From a virus, in IMG/VR virus record IMGVR_UViG_3300035698_017294, positions 1-64,000 of that record: a stretch of DNA of 64,000 nt, one strand, 5' to 3'. Shown here piece by piece: positions 56,974 through 64,000 of this stretch (positions are counted from its first letter, which is position 1; every line of letters begins with the position of its first letter). Below the pieces are notes generated by a model, which was not told the origin of the DNA, ran no database searches, and worked only from the letters and a program-made list of their open reading frames with translations. The translations under genes were made by a program, and so were the position numbers.

Positions 56974-57623
56974 TTATTAAAGGGCCTTTCGTATTTTTCA
57001 TGCCCGGGCATTCCTCCCCACTTTCTAATGTAATACGTTTGACTACGTTGAAAATAAACTTGCAGTTCAGGCGTTTTTTCTAATGTTTGGGAAACTAACT
57101 TAACTTCGGGTGATAACTCATCTACCAATAAGCACCATTTATCTGGAGCTCCAAGATTACATCGATACATAATATCATTGTCTTCATACCAAGCTGGCCA
57201 AATGATTTCGTCTGCATATTTTCCAGGTGCATATTCTAAGAATTCTGCTCCTTTTCGATTTAGCGCCCATGCAGCAAATCCGCTCGTAGCTCGCATAAAC
57301 CAGTACGGAGTGGTCTTTAGATAATTTTTAATTATCTCTATTTGGCCCTGCCCATATCTTATGTCATCATTTAGTATTAGTAAAAAGTCTATTTCTTTTT
57401 CTTTGAAGCTTCGGTTAATTGCACGATTCCAGCTTTTTGCGACCCCTAGATTTTTTGGTTGCGTGTCAATGAATACTTTTGGGTGATCTACGTGTATACT
57501 TTGATTTCCGTTATCCACTATATGTATATACTCAAAATGCTCAGACTGTGGTAATAGCGTATCCAAGGATTGTTCTAGTAAATCTTTCCTGTTCAGAGTA
57601 GGTATTGTAATTGCTAATTTCAC
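56970..57623 (-). CDS. GT2 glycosyltransferase
   Basis: IPTLNR, VDNG, NLGVAKSWN, LNDD, YEDND, KWGG.PG.E. Confidence 0.82.
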   Translation of the reverse strand: MKLAITIPTLNRKDLLEQSLDTLLPQSEHFEYIHIVDNGNQSIHVDHPKVFIDTQPKNLGVAKSWNRAINRSFKEKEIDFLLILNDDIRYGQGQIEIIKNYLKTTPYWFMRATSGFAAWALNRKGAEFLEYAPGKYADEIIWPAWYEDNDIMYRCNLGAPDKWCLLVDELSPEVKLVSQTLEKTPELQVYFQRSQTYYIRKWGGMPGHEKYERPFNK

Positions 57624-58627
57624 GTATCTTCCTCTATAACAGCCTCAGATAGCGCTCCAGCTGCTACGGCGTGTAGCGGGTCCGCGACTAACTCGATACT
57701 TTTAATGTTAATTGGGAAGTCCAGTTCATCGTAAATTCTTTTGAACACGTCAATAAATCCGTCTGCCATCGAAGTTCCACCACCACATACAATCTTTACA
57801 GGTGTCTTAAAATGTGGCATACCTTCGCTTGTATTGAACAGGTGTGCTATATGAGTTAGGATATTTTTGATCGCATGGGTATAGTAGCTGCGTATAGCCA
57901 GTTGCTCTCTGCCAGCGTCCGATAAATTCTTAGTTAAAGAAAAGTCGGGGTCTTCCTTTATAGAAGTAATCTGTGGTATTGGGGTAGCTGTATCACGCGC
58001 TGCTTGTTGATCAATCCAGTCGCCTGATTTTGTAACACTAAAGTCTAGGGCAGCGACACCACGATACATCACAGTAACGTTAGCCATGCCGGCTCCCCAA
58101 GATATGGCTATCCCAGTGTAATCTTCGTCAGCCAAGGAACCATAGGCTAGGGCATGAGCTTCTTTAACTGTCTTTGGTGTATAGCCCAGGGATGCTAAAA
58201 TAGCGTCAATTACATCTGTGTGATAATTTGTATGCGCGTCAGAATCAATAGGTTTGGAGGGTGTTACATAGATACAGGTTTCGTCCTCAATCTCAGGATC
58301 GCCGAGAATGGCAGCTATTACAGCTTTAATAATTGGAAGAGCGTCTTTTTCAGACGGATTAAGTAACCCCAAAGCCATTGGACGCCGTAGCTCAATGTTG
58401 CCAAAAATATTAGCATAATCGTAAGCACCATTGCCAATAACGTATACATTGTCCCCAATGCGTACATAATTTATCCTCATTCGAACTAGTTCGTTTTTTC
58501 GTTGTTCCCACTTCCCCAAATAAACGAAAGCATTTCGTTCTGATGAAAACGTAGTTGTGTTCTTTTTACCTTTGGTTCGTCTAGCACCGACTATATTGCC
58601 GGTGCCAACATCAATTCCTACTGGCAT
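57620..58627 (-). CDS. actin-like ATPase (MreB/ParM/MamK superfamily)
   Basis: Phosphate-1 GIDVGT, connect-1 EAHA, phosphate-2 SWGAG, GDWID...IKE, adenosine CGGGTS, connect-2 DPLHAVAAG. Confidence 0.82.
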   Translation of the reverse strand: MPVGIDVGTGNIVGARRTKGKKNTTTFSSERNAFVYLGKWEQRKNELVRMRINYVRIGDNVYVIGNGAYDYANIFGNIELRRPMALGLLNPSEKDALPIIKAVIAAILGDPEIEDETCIYVTPSKPIDSDAHTNYHTDVIDAILASLGYTPKTVKEAHALAYGSLADEDYTGIAISWGAGMANVTVMYRGVAALDFSVTKSGDWIDQQAARDTATPIPQITSIKEDPDFSLTKNLSDAGREQLAIRSYYTHAIKNILTHIAHLFNTSEGMPHFKTPVKIVCGGGTSMADGFIDVFKRIYDELDFPINIKSIELVADPLHAVAAGALSEAVIEEDT

Positions 58628-58900
58628 TTATTTCTCCTCCGTATCAACACTGATGCGGCTTTCTACTGTTTCTATATCTGGCACACCGTAGCCGCCGACC
58701 AGGTCTCTTGAATCAATTGTTCGTACACCGTGTTTATCGCCCGGCTTCGTTGCCTTGTTGCTAACGTAACTGTTTTTGCGTGTACTAATTTCAATTAATC
58801 CCGATAGTAGATTCTGCAGCATTCTTTCATTATTCCGCATCGTCCCCAATACCTGCCAAGCACAGTACGCTATAGCTATGAGAAGGATTTCAGTAATCAT
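58628..58900 (-). CDS. small protein with N-terminal membrane anchor
   Basis: ILLIAIAYCAWQVL. Abuts the actin-like gene. Confidence 0.5.
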   Translation of the reverse strand: MITEILLIAIAYCAWQVLGTMRNNERMLQNLLSGLIEISTRKNSYVSNKATKPGDKHGVRTIDSRDLVGGYGVPDIETVESRISVDTEEK

Positions 58901-59714
58901 TGATTACATCCTTTATTTTGTCCCACTTATTGTCGAAGTTATCGAAGCATGCGTGGAATGTGTTTTCTTTGTTTTGGCCCCAAGACCACTGATCAGAAAT
59001 ACCTGTATCAAACCCATGCCGCTTTTCAGTTTCTGCGTCGTATAGCAGAATTTGCGGCTTGTCCATATGCCAAGCAAGTGCATTGATAGCGCTATGTGAG
59101 CACACTACACCGCAAGCCCCTTCTATGAGAGATGCTGTTTCTGGCACCGTAAGCTTATCTATTAGATTGTGCACTCGAGGGTATTGGCAAAACTCTTGCT
59201 CTATGCGCTCGGCTTTATGCCCATCAATGCTTGTATAGTTTTTACCAACTATAACACAGTGATAATCTGTGGTGTCTAGTATGTGGTCAATTATTTTGGT
59301 GGTTATTGAAATAGGAATGTGTCGTTTTGTATCAGTGCCTGTAGTTGAAAAGACGACATACTTCTTGTTACCAAGAAATCCGAAATCCGTTGGGCCTGGC
59401 ACATACCAAATAATAGGTCTGCGGAGGCTAGCGGGTAGATAGGAGAGCCGCTTCCACGGAATTCCTGCCTTGTCCCAAGCTGCTGCAATATCTTCTTGTT
59501 TTTGAAAGCCGACATTGACTACGGTAAGCTGGTCTCTTTTAGGATGCCATTCAAATATTTCTTTTGCCGATGGGTTGTGGCACATGAGGGCGACATAGAC
59601 GTGCACATTAGGTTCTAAGTGGGCGAGGTTGCAGTATTGGGTACCACTATACATGTTATTGATCATGTCGCCTAGGCCGCCGCCCCAGGCTATCATATGT
59701 TCTCTCTTTTCCAT
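58890..59714 (-). CDS. GT9-like (GT-B) glycosyltransferase
   Basis: GGLGD, NLIDKLT..ETA.LI.GA..VV...SA...LA. Confidence 0.7.
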   Translation of the reverse strand: MEKREHMIAWGGGLGDMINNMYSGTQYCNLAHLEPNVHVYVALMCHNPSAKEIFEWHPKRDQLTVVNVGFQKQEDIAAAWDKAGIPWKRLSYLPASLRRPIIWYVPGPTDFGFLGNKKYVVFSTTGTDTKRHIPISITTKIIDHILDTTDYHCVIVGKNYTSIDGHKAERIEQEFCQYPRVHNLIDKLTVPETASLIEGACGVVCSHSAINALAWHMDKPQILLYDAETEKRHGFDTGISDQWSWGQNKENTFHACFDNFDNKWDKIKDVINDY

Positions 59715-59731
59715 AAACTTAGTATAGCGAA

Positions 59732-59929
59732 TTACTCAACTTTGTCAAGTACTTTAACCTCGACAAGTTCAAAACTCGCTTCTCCTATCATTATGTTTTT
59801 TGGTAAGATAGACCTTAACCTCTTAGGGTTGGGATTCTCGCAAGTGTAGATATATTTATCCAACCAAGTTCGGGGATCGTTGTGGTCGAATTCAGGACTA
59901 ATGTTTCTGTATATTACTTCACACTTCAT
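59732..59929 (-). CDS. hypothetical protein
   Basis: ATGA overlap with thyX. Confidence 0.45.
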   Translation of the reverse strand: MKCEVIYRNISPEFDHNDPRTWLDKYIYTCENPNPKRLRSILPKNIMIGEASFELVEVKVLDKVE

Positions 59930-60549
59930 TGGTCACTCCTCGTGAATAAACATTGTAGATCTTCTGGTATCACGTCATACATCATGTTAGCAAGGAGATA
60001 AAAAGGGGTAAATACAGTAGGGACAAGTCGCAGATCAAAGAGATGTTGCAAGCTAACCATGTTGAACTGATATAGGCCCGTAGTGAGCCAGCTTTCGGGG
60101 AGCGCATGTTTTAATTCCTCAATTTTTTCTTTTTTACTTAACTTATCCATGAGTACTATACGTCTTACTTTACTAGCAAATTCGCTAGCTAGATCGTCAA
60201 TAAATACTGATGGATAGAGATTTTGTTTCACGATATCTCGTACTTCAAAGAAAGGCCTCTTACCCTCTTCCAATAATCTACCAAATGTATATCTGGTGGA
60301 CTTAACTGAAGGTGACACAGCAATTCTATGTCGCGATATCTCTTGTAATACATTTCGCGGAAAGTCGATTAACCTAAAAGTCAGATGCCACTTTTCTCCT
60401 ACACTAGTATGATGATACTGGTGTACTACTTTTTTAATATACTCAATATCTACATTATCTGGATCTATTTTATATTCTAAATTGTAACACGTACGCGCTG
60501 ACTCCTCTACCAGAGCCAGCCCAGAGTGTTCTCGTAATACAACTTTCAT
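59926..60549 (-). CDS. thyX: flavin-dependent thymidylate synthase
   Basis: ARTCY, HTSVGE, QEISRHR...SVKSTRY, LP, LR. Confidence 0.88.
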   Translation of the reverse strand: MKVVLREHSGLALVEESARTCYNLEYKIDPDNVDIEYIKKVVHQYHHTSVGEKWHLTFRLIDFPRNVLQEISRHRIAVSPSVKSTRYTFGRLLEEGKRPFFEVRDIVKQNLYPSVFIDDLASEFASKVRRIVLMDKLSKKEKIEELKHALPESWLTTGLYQFNMVSLQHLFDLRLVPTVFTPFYLLANMMYDVIPEDLQCLFTRSDQ

Positions 60550-60770
60550 TTAGCTTTTCCAACGTTTATGTTTCTAGGCTGAGGGCGATTTAGGTCACGC
60601 TGTAGCACAAGTTTTAATCGTTGCCCTGTCTCACGAAAGGCGCGGAACTTATAAGGCTCCTGACCAGATTGAGTTTCGTTGTGACTACGCATACCGGCAA
60701 TCAACTCATCAGTTTTCTTTAAGAAGGTTACAGCCAATGCACGCATGGCGTTGATTTTACTTAGCTCCAT
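60546..60770 (-). CDS. hypothetical protein
   Basis: ORF track, coupled to neighbours. Confidence 0.45.
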   Translation of the reverse strand: MELSKINAMRALAVTFLKKTDELIAGMRSHNETQSGQEPYKFRAFRETGQRLKLVLQRDLNRPQPRNINVGKAK

Positions 60771-61083
60771 TTACATCTCCGGTACCGTTAGGATTAGGAT
60801 TGAACTGTATCACGTTGCCAGTACTGTTGGGATCAACATCTTGCGGGGCCAAGGTCTTAATAGTATCGTCCTCTGGTGGGGCATCCATCTTTTCTTTTAC
60901 TTGTTCCATGAATTCAGCAAAACCCTCTTCCATCTTGGCCTTGACTTCTTTTTGCTTTTCTTCATCCCATTTGAACTCATCGGTAAGTACGGACATCATA
61001 ACGCCGACTTGGATTTGCAGCATACGAATATCCATTGTTAGATTGGACACCATAGCGGTAAGCTGCATGTTGTTAAACATCAT
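60757..61083 (-). CDS. hypothetical protein
   Basis: AAAGGA RBS, GNVIQF tail. Confidence 0.5.
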   Translation of the reverse strand: MMFNNMQLTAMVSNLTMDIRMLQIQVGVMMSVLTDEFKWDEEKQKEVKAKMEEGFAEFMEQVKEKMDAPPEDDTIKTLAPQDVDPNSTGNVIQFNPNPNGTGDVNGAK

Positions 61084-61129
61084 ATTTTCTTTTCCTTTAT
61101 CTATAATTTGGGTGTATAATAAGCTAAAA

Positions 61130-61204
61130 AGCAGCGGGAGGGATTCGAACCCATCGTCCCCGGCTTTGCAGGCCGGTGCATGAACCAGACTCTACCACCG
61201 CTGC
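61130..61204 (-). tRNA. tRNA-Cys(GCA)
   Basis: Acceptor GCAGCGG/CCGCTGC, anticodon arm CCGGC-CTGCAAA-GCCGG, T loop TTCGAAT, U73, no encoded CCA. Confidence 0.92.
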
Positions 61205-61212
61205 ACTGTGGG

Positions 61213-61359
61213 TTAATCGTTTTTCTTTTCTTCTTTACTCGAATGCTTGTCGCACAAAGTAACATGGATTACGTCGGAATACTCTCCATAGCCGTCACTT
61301 ACTTTCACTTTACAACCACACTTAGCATCTCGACCATTTACAAATGTAAGTTTTTCCAT
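61213..61359 (-). CDS. 48-aa protein with Cys/His (CGC...CDKH), below the ORF-track cutoff
   Basis: MEKLTFVNGRDAKCGCK...LCDKH. GAAAGG RBS. Confidence 0.5.
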   Translation of the reverse strand: MEKLTFVNGRDAKCGCKVKVSDGYGEYSDVIHVTLCDKHSSKEEKKND

Positions 61360-61398
61360 GTGAACGAATACCTTTCTGTTCCCTATTTCATTTATATA

Positions 61399-61661
61399 TC
61401 AATCTGGGTCAGGCCCAATATCTATTATGGGTATTTCAAATATTTGTGAATACTCTTGATCTGCATGTCTCCAGGATTTTTGGTTACCATCTTTATCACA
61501 TGGTACCTTGCAGGCTCGACTAATACAAAAATTGTGCTTGTCGGCAGTAATAAATTCGCCAAAGTGTCCAGAAACTCCTACCGGTAAATCGTCTGGAATA
61601 CTCTCTAATAGCTTTTTTAAATCTCTTACGGTAAAATATTTTGGATAGGTTTTTTTGGCAT
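61399..61661 (-). pseudogene. small phage gene frameshifted at an A7 run
   Basis: AAAGGAG RBS then ATG CCA AAA AAA, which stops after 11 codons. The -1 frame continues TYPKYFTVRDLKKLLESIPDDLPV...GPDPD*. Confidence 0.55.
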
Positions 61662-61680
61662 AATCTCTCCTTTAATTAAG

Positions 61681-61755
61681 GGCCCCCGACCGGATTTGAA
61701 CCGGCAAAAATCCTGGGCCACGGCCAGGCGCTTTAACCTATTAAGCTTCGAGGGC
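61681..61755 (-). tRNA. tRNA-His(GTG), atypical (C33, no encoded G-1)
   Basis: Acceptor GCCCTCG/CGGGGGC, C73, arm CCTGG-CCGTGGC-CCAGG, T loop TTCAAAT. Confidence 0.75.
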
Positions 61756-61757
61756 AG

Positions 61758-61828
61758 TGGGAAATAAGGGTAACGATCCCCTGTTTAATGGATGTAAGCC
61801 ATTTGTTCTACCTTTGAACTAATTTCCC
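61758..61828 (-). tRNA. tRNA-Val(TAC)
   Basis: Acceptor GGGAAAT/ATTTCCC, A73, arm AATGG-CTTACAT-CCATT, variant T loop ATCGTTA. Confidence 0.8.
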
Positions 61829-62436
61829 TGGTAATAATTTTTCATATGAAAGTATCTAATCGAGTTGTGATTTAAAGACCCATAGTTTTCTGTGAGTGAG
61901 TGGCAGTTTGGGCAAATGTATTCTAAGTTTTCTTCCTTATTATTTAGGCAATTACCATCAATGTGGTTTATGTGTAAGGGGATCTTATGGGTTTTAGGGT
62001 TTATTTTAGACCAACCGCATTTTTCACATTTTCCATTACTACGTTTTCGCAGATAGGCGCGTATATGTTCTGAAATCCCAAACTTGCCTTTGATTCCAGT
62101 TACTGTACCTGCTTTCCATTTTTTGATATAAGTTTTGTACCTATATTCGAGATCACATGTTTGGCAACAATATTTTCGTTGGTTCCCAGTTAGTAGTTTA
62201 TTGCAATTTAAACACTGGTGTAGCTTTACTGCTCGACATTCTGTGCATCTTGTTTTATGGTTGGCTCTTATATTAGCCTCGAATGTTTTGTTACAGGTTG
62301 GGCAGGTACTCGTCTTTGTGCGAATATCATTTTTCGGATTGAATTTGCGGCGAGAATTGTTATATTTAGCTGCGCATGCACTACAGCAAAACTTTTTATT
62401 ATATGTTGAACGTCCACAGCGTTTACATTTATTCAT
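61819..62436 (-). CDS. free-standing HNH endonuclease with zinc-finger array
   Basis: Start MNKCKRC, repeated CxxC/FCCxxC, and CEKCG...HINHIDGN..NN..ENL..ICPNCHS.T. Confidence 0.85.
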   Translation of the reverse strand: MNKCKRCGRSTYNKKFCCSACAAKYNNSRRKFNPKNDIRTKTSTCPTCNKTFEANIRANHKTRCTECRAVKLHQCLNCNKLLTGNQRKYCCQTCDLEYRYKTYIKKWKAGTVTGIKGKFGISEHIRAYLRKRSNGKCEKCGWSKINPKTHKIPLHINHIDGNCLNNKEENLEYICPNCHSLTENYGSLNHNSIRYFHMKNYYQGN

Positions 62437-62461
62437 TTCGAACCTTATTAACTTTATTATA

Positions 62462-62489
62462 AATATACGAAATATCCAAGTAAAGTCAA
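62462..62489 (-). promoter_or_regulatory. sigma70-type promoter upstream of the HNH
   Basis: TTGACT-N16-TATATT on the - strand. Confidence 0.5.
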
Positions 62490-62513
62490 TAGGTTCGAAA
62501 TGAAATAATAAAG

Positions 62514-62589
62514 CATGACCCAAGGGCATTGAACCCTCCACATGACAGGTTTCACGCCTGCCATCGCCGACCCAGGAACATGGGGCCAT
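62514..62589 (-). tRNA. atypical tRNA-like gene, nominal anticodon TGA
   Basis: Acceptor ATGGCCC/GGGTCAT, G73, 7-bp arm TGGCAGG-CGTGAAA-CCTGTCA, T arm GAGGG-TTCAATG-CCCTT, weak D arm. Confidence 0.55.
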
Positions 62590-62685
62590 ATGAAAAACCG
62601 TAGAGCCGTTATACGTACAATGAGGGCAGACCCGTAGGCCCACCCGTGGGGTTTGCGCCCACTACTCTACGGTTTAATTCGATAT
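62588..62685 (-). ncRNA. Y RNA (YrlA)-like circularly permuted tRNA mimic
   Basis: Terminal helix ATAT(C)GAA/TTCATAT with a bulged C, 11-bp stem AAACCGTAGAG/CTCTACGGTTT, T-like arm GTGGG-CGCAAAC-CCCAC, closed acceptor-like stem GGGTGGGCC-TACG-GGTCTGCCC, weak D-like hairpin. Confidence 0.65.
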
Positions 62686-62918
62686 TGTGTGTCACGGTAC
62701 CTCTTCCAGTTGCGGAACGGTACGCGTACTCTTGAAAAGTTGCATCCCCACACAGAGCGGGTTTTAGAATCATAGTGAGATACATCTTTACAAACAATGT
62801 CGCAAGCTTCTTGAAAACTATCTGCCAGCGCACAGCCTTCGTAGTGGGCACATGCCTCATTACCAGTTGCAATGTAACCTTCTGACCAAACTGCATAGTG
62901 TCTTTTTTCGTCACTCAT
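62667..62918 (-). CDS. small hypothetical phage protein
   Basis: VWSEGY.ATG...A...G...ADSF.EAC...WGC. The 3' end overlaps the ncRNA and may be wrong. Confidence 0.5.
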   Translation of the reverse strand: MSDEKRHYAVWSEGYIATGNEACAHYEGCALADSFQEACDIVCKDVSHYDSKTRSVWGCNFSRVRVPFRNWKRYRDTQYRIKP

Positions 62919-63454
62919 AATTTATCTCCGTTGTTGGGCCTTTCGGACATTATAACTGTTAACTCTTCAAGACTTATAGGACTGTAGTCGTTATTATCGA
63001 CTCCGACGTCCCACGATTTTCCAATCGGCGGTAAACTAGAATGGCTATGTCCGTAGATGTGCCACGAATTCCTATGTGATTGATTCCATACGCGCATGGC
63101 ATAGTGACACATCGTAAGTCTCACTCGGCTATCAAGTTGAATTTCAACCAGTGGTGATACAAATTTAAACAGGTGTTTAACGTTTAGTGCAGGTTTATCA
63201 TGGTTCCCTGAAATAAGAACTATGTCACCGTTCAATTGGTGAATAAATGGGGCAGCCGGACTAAAAGAAAAGTCACCGAGGTGGTATACTAAATCCCCAT
63301 GCTTAACTTTCTTATTCCAGTTTTCGACTAGAGATTTGTTCATGTGGTGTGCGTTATCAAAGGGTCGCTGGCAAAATTTAATAATATTGGCATGACCGAA
63401 GTGTGTATCGGCTGTGAAAAATAGATTCATTTTGCTATTACACATTTCTGCCAA
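62915..63454 (-). CDS. calcineurin-like metallophosphoesterase
   Basis: ADTHFGH, HLGD, GNHD, CHY, GHSH, DVGVD. Start probably MNLFF. Confidence 0.88.
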   Translation of the reverse strand: MAEMCNSKMNLFFTADTHFGHANIIKFCQRPFDNAHHMNKSLVENWNKKVKHGDLVYHLGDFSFSPAAPFIHQLNGDIVLISGNHDKPALNVKHLFKFVSPLVEIQLDSRVRLTMCHYAMRVWNQSHRNSWHIYGHSHSSLPPIGKSWDVGVDNNDYSPISLEELTVIMSERPNNGDKL

Positions 63455-63810
63455 GCGAATGGGAAGTCGGTTACTCTGGCCGCACCGAGGTTATCAGCTA
63501 GAATTTCTAACATCCATTGCCGTCCTTTTGGGTTTATGCTATGTAGGACCACAACACCGGGGAATATAATTGGGCCTAACTCTTCTGCTATATACCTAGC
63601 TACATCACTACCAGTTCCTGCGGCTCCCGCTTCTAGCATTTCTTGCCCGCCCAGATCGTGATCTAAAAAGACGACATCAAATTTTGGGTTTAGTTTTAAT
63701 AGTTCAATTGCTCTATCTGCTGTACGTACGAAGTGGATATTCTCTGGAAAGTAATTATCTACGAATTGAGCTATTCTTTCTGCGTTGTCTTCTAAAATTA
63801 ATATTCTCAT
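63427..63810 (-). CDS. cyclic-phosphate-processing receiver-like domain protein
   Basis: ILILED, FLDHDLG, TG.DVA, HSINP.G. Confidence 0.7.
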   Translation of the reverse strand: MRILILEDNAERIAQFVDNYFPENIHFVRTADRAIELLKLNPKFDVVFLDHDLGGQEMLEAGAAGTGSDVARYIAEELGPIIFPGVVVLHSINPKGRQWMLEILADNLGAARVTDFPFAWQKCVIAK

Positions 63811-63837
63811 TTTTCCCCTTTTAACTTAAATAAAAAA

Positions 63838-63909
63838 AGCACCCGGAGAGACTCGAACTCTCGTCACCTGGGTGGAAGCCAGGGTCCTTAACCGCTAGGA
63901 TACGGGTGC
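63838..63909 (-). tRNA. tRNA-Gly(TCC)
   Basis: Acceptor GCACCCG/CGGGTGC, U73, arm CCTGG-CTTCCAC-CCAGG, T loop TTCGAGT. Confidence 0.92.
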
Positions 63910-64000
63910 ATTAGCTGTTTAATAATCAGTTACTATCCAGTAAGTGCCGTCGCTAAAATCAAATGTAGCTTCGTGACACTCATCGAGATTCATATTGTCT

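Noticed and set aside
62667-62760. Possible frameshift near the end of 62667..62918 (after WGC)
   Set aside because: Suspected only from recollection of similar proteins and the overlap with the ncRNA. It cannot be supported without an alignment.
62437-62914. N-terminal extension of the 274-aa HNH ORF and the 62609..62914 ORF
   Set aside because: They run across the tRNA-like and Y-like RNAs or overlap a better ORF. The HNH plausibly starts at 62436, behind its own promoter.
1-64000. CRISPR array, DGR/retron reverse transcriptase, integrase, rRNA
   Set aside because: No spaced direct repeats, RT motifs, recombinase motifs or rRNA-like sequence were seen by eye.
1-64000. Stop-codon reassignment
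   Set aside because: Conserved genes are full length in code 11 and end in TAA, TAG and TGA. No suppressor anticodon (CTA/TCA/TTA) was found.

Overview
A 64-kb segment of a large contractile-tailed (myovirus-type) bacteriophage genome, read in standard code 11. The two arms converge on a bidirectional terminator at about 29.5 kb. The + strand (1-29.5 kb) is virion morphogenesis: small basic or membrane proteins sharing an 'L.KLGF.K.A' leader, an intein-containing large terminase, a 2H phosphoesterase, an intein-containing prohead protease, scaffold-like proteins saturated with K-x-A motifs, the major capsid, neck proteins, a beta-helix fibre, an NTase / SNF2 helicase / LigD-like ligase block, tail sheath and tube. 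The - strand (29.5-64 kb) carries a dNMP kinase, a family A DNA polymerase split by a 520-nt group I intron with an in-frame HNH, an RpoD-like sigma factor, a Ubl(GG)-JAB-E1 ubiquitin-like module, dUTPase, RecU, a ~16-kb glycan biosynthesis island (colitose-type pathway, NeuB-type ulosonate pathway with a B12 radical SAM, several glycosyltransferases), an actin-like ATPase, ThyX and a tRNA cluster. That cluster includes an HNH, an atypical tRNA-like gene and a Y-RNA (YrlA)-like permuted tRNA mimic. The leading candidates for new biology are the phage ubiquitin-like module, the Ser-Gly-hydrophobic motif in outer virion proteins paired with the glycan island, the K-x-A / KLGF head-targeting code, and the Y-RNA-like element. 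All calls come from reading motifs by eye; no database searches were run.
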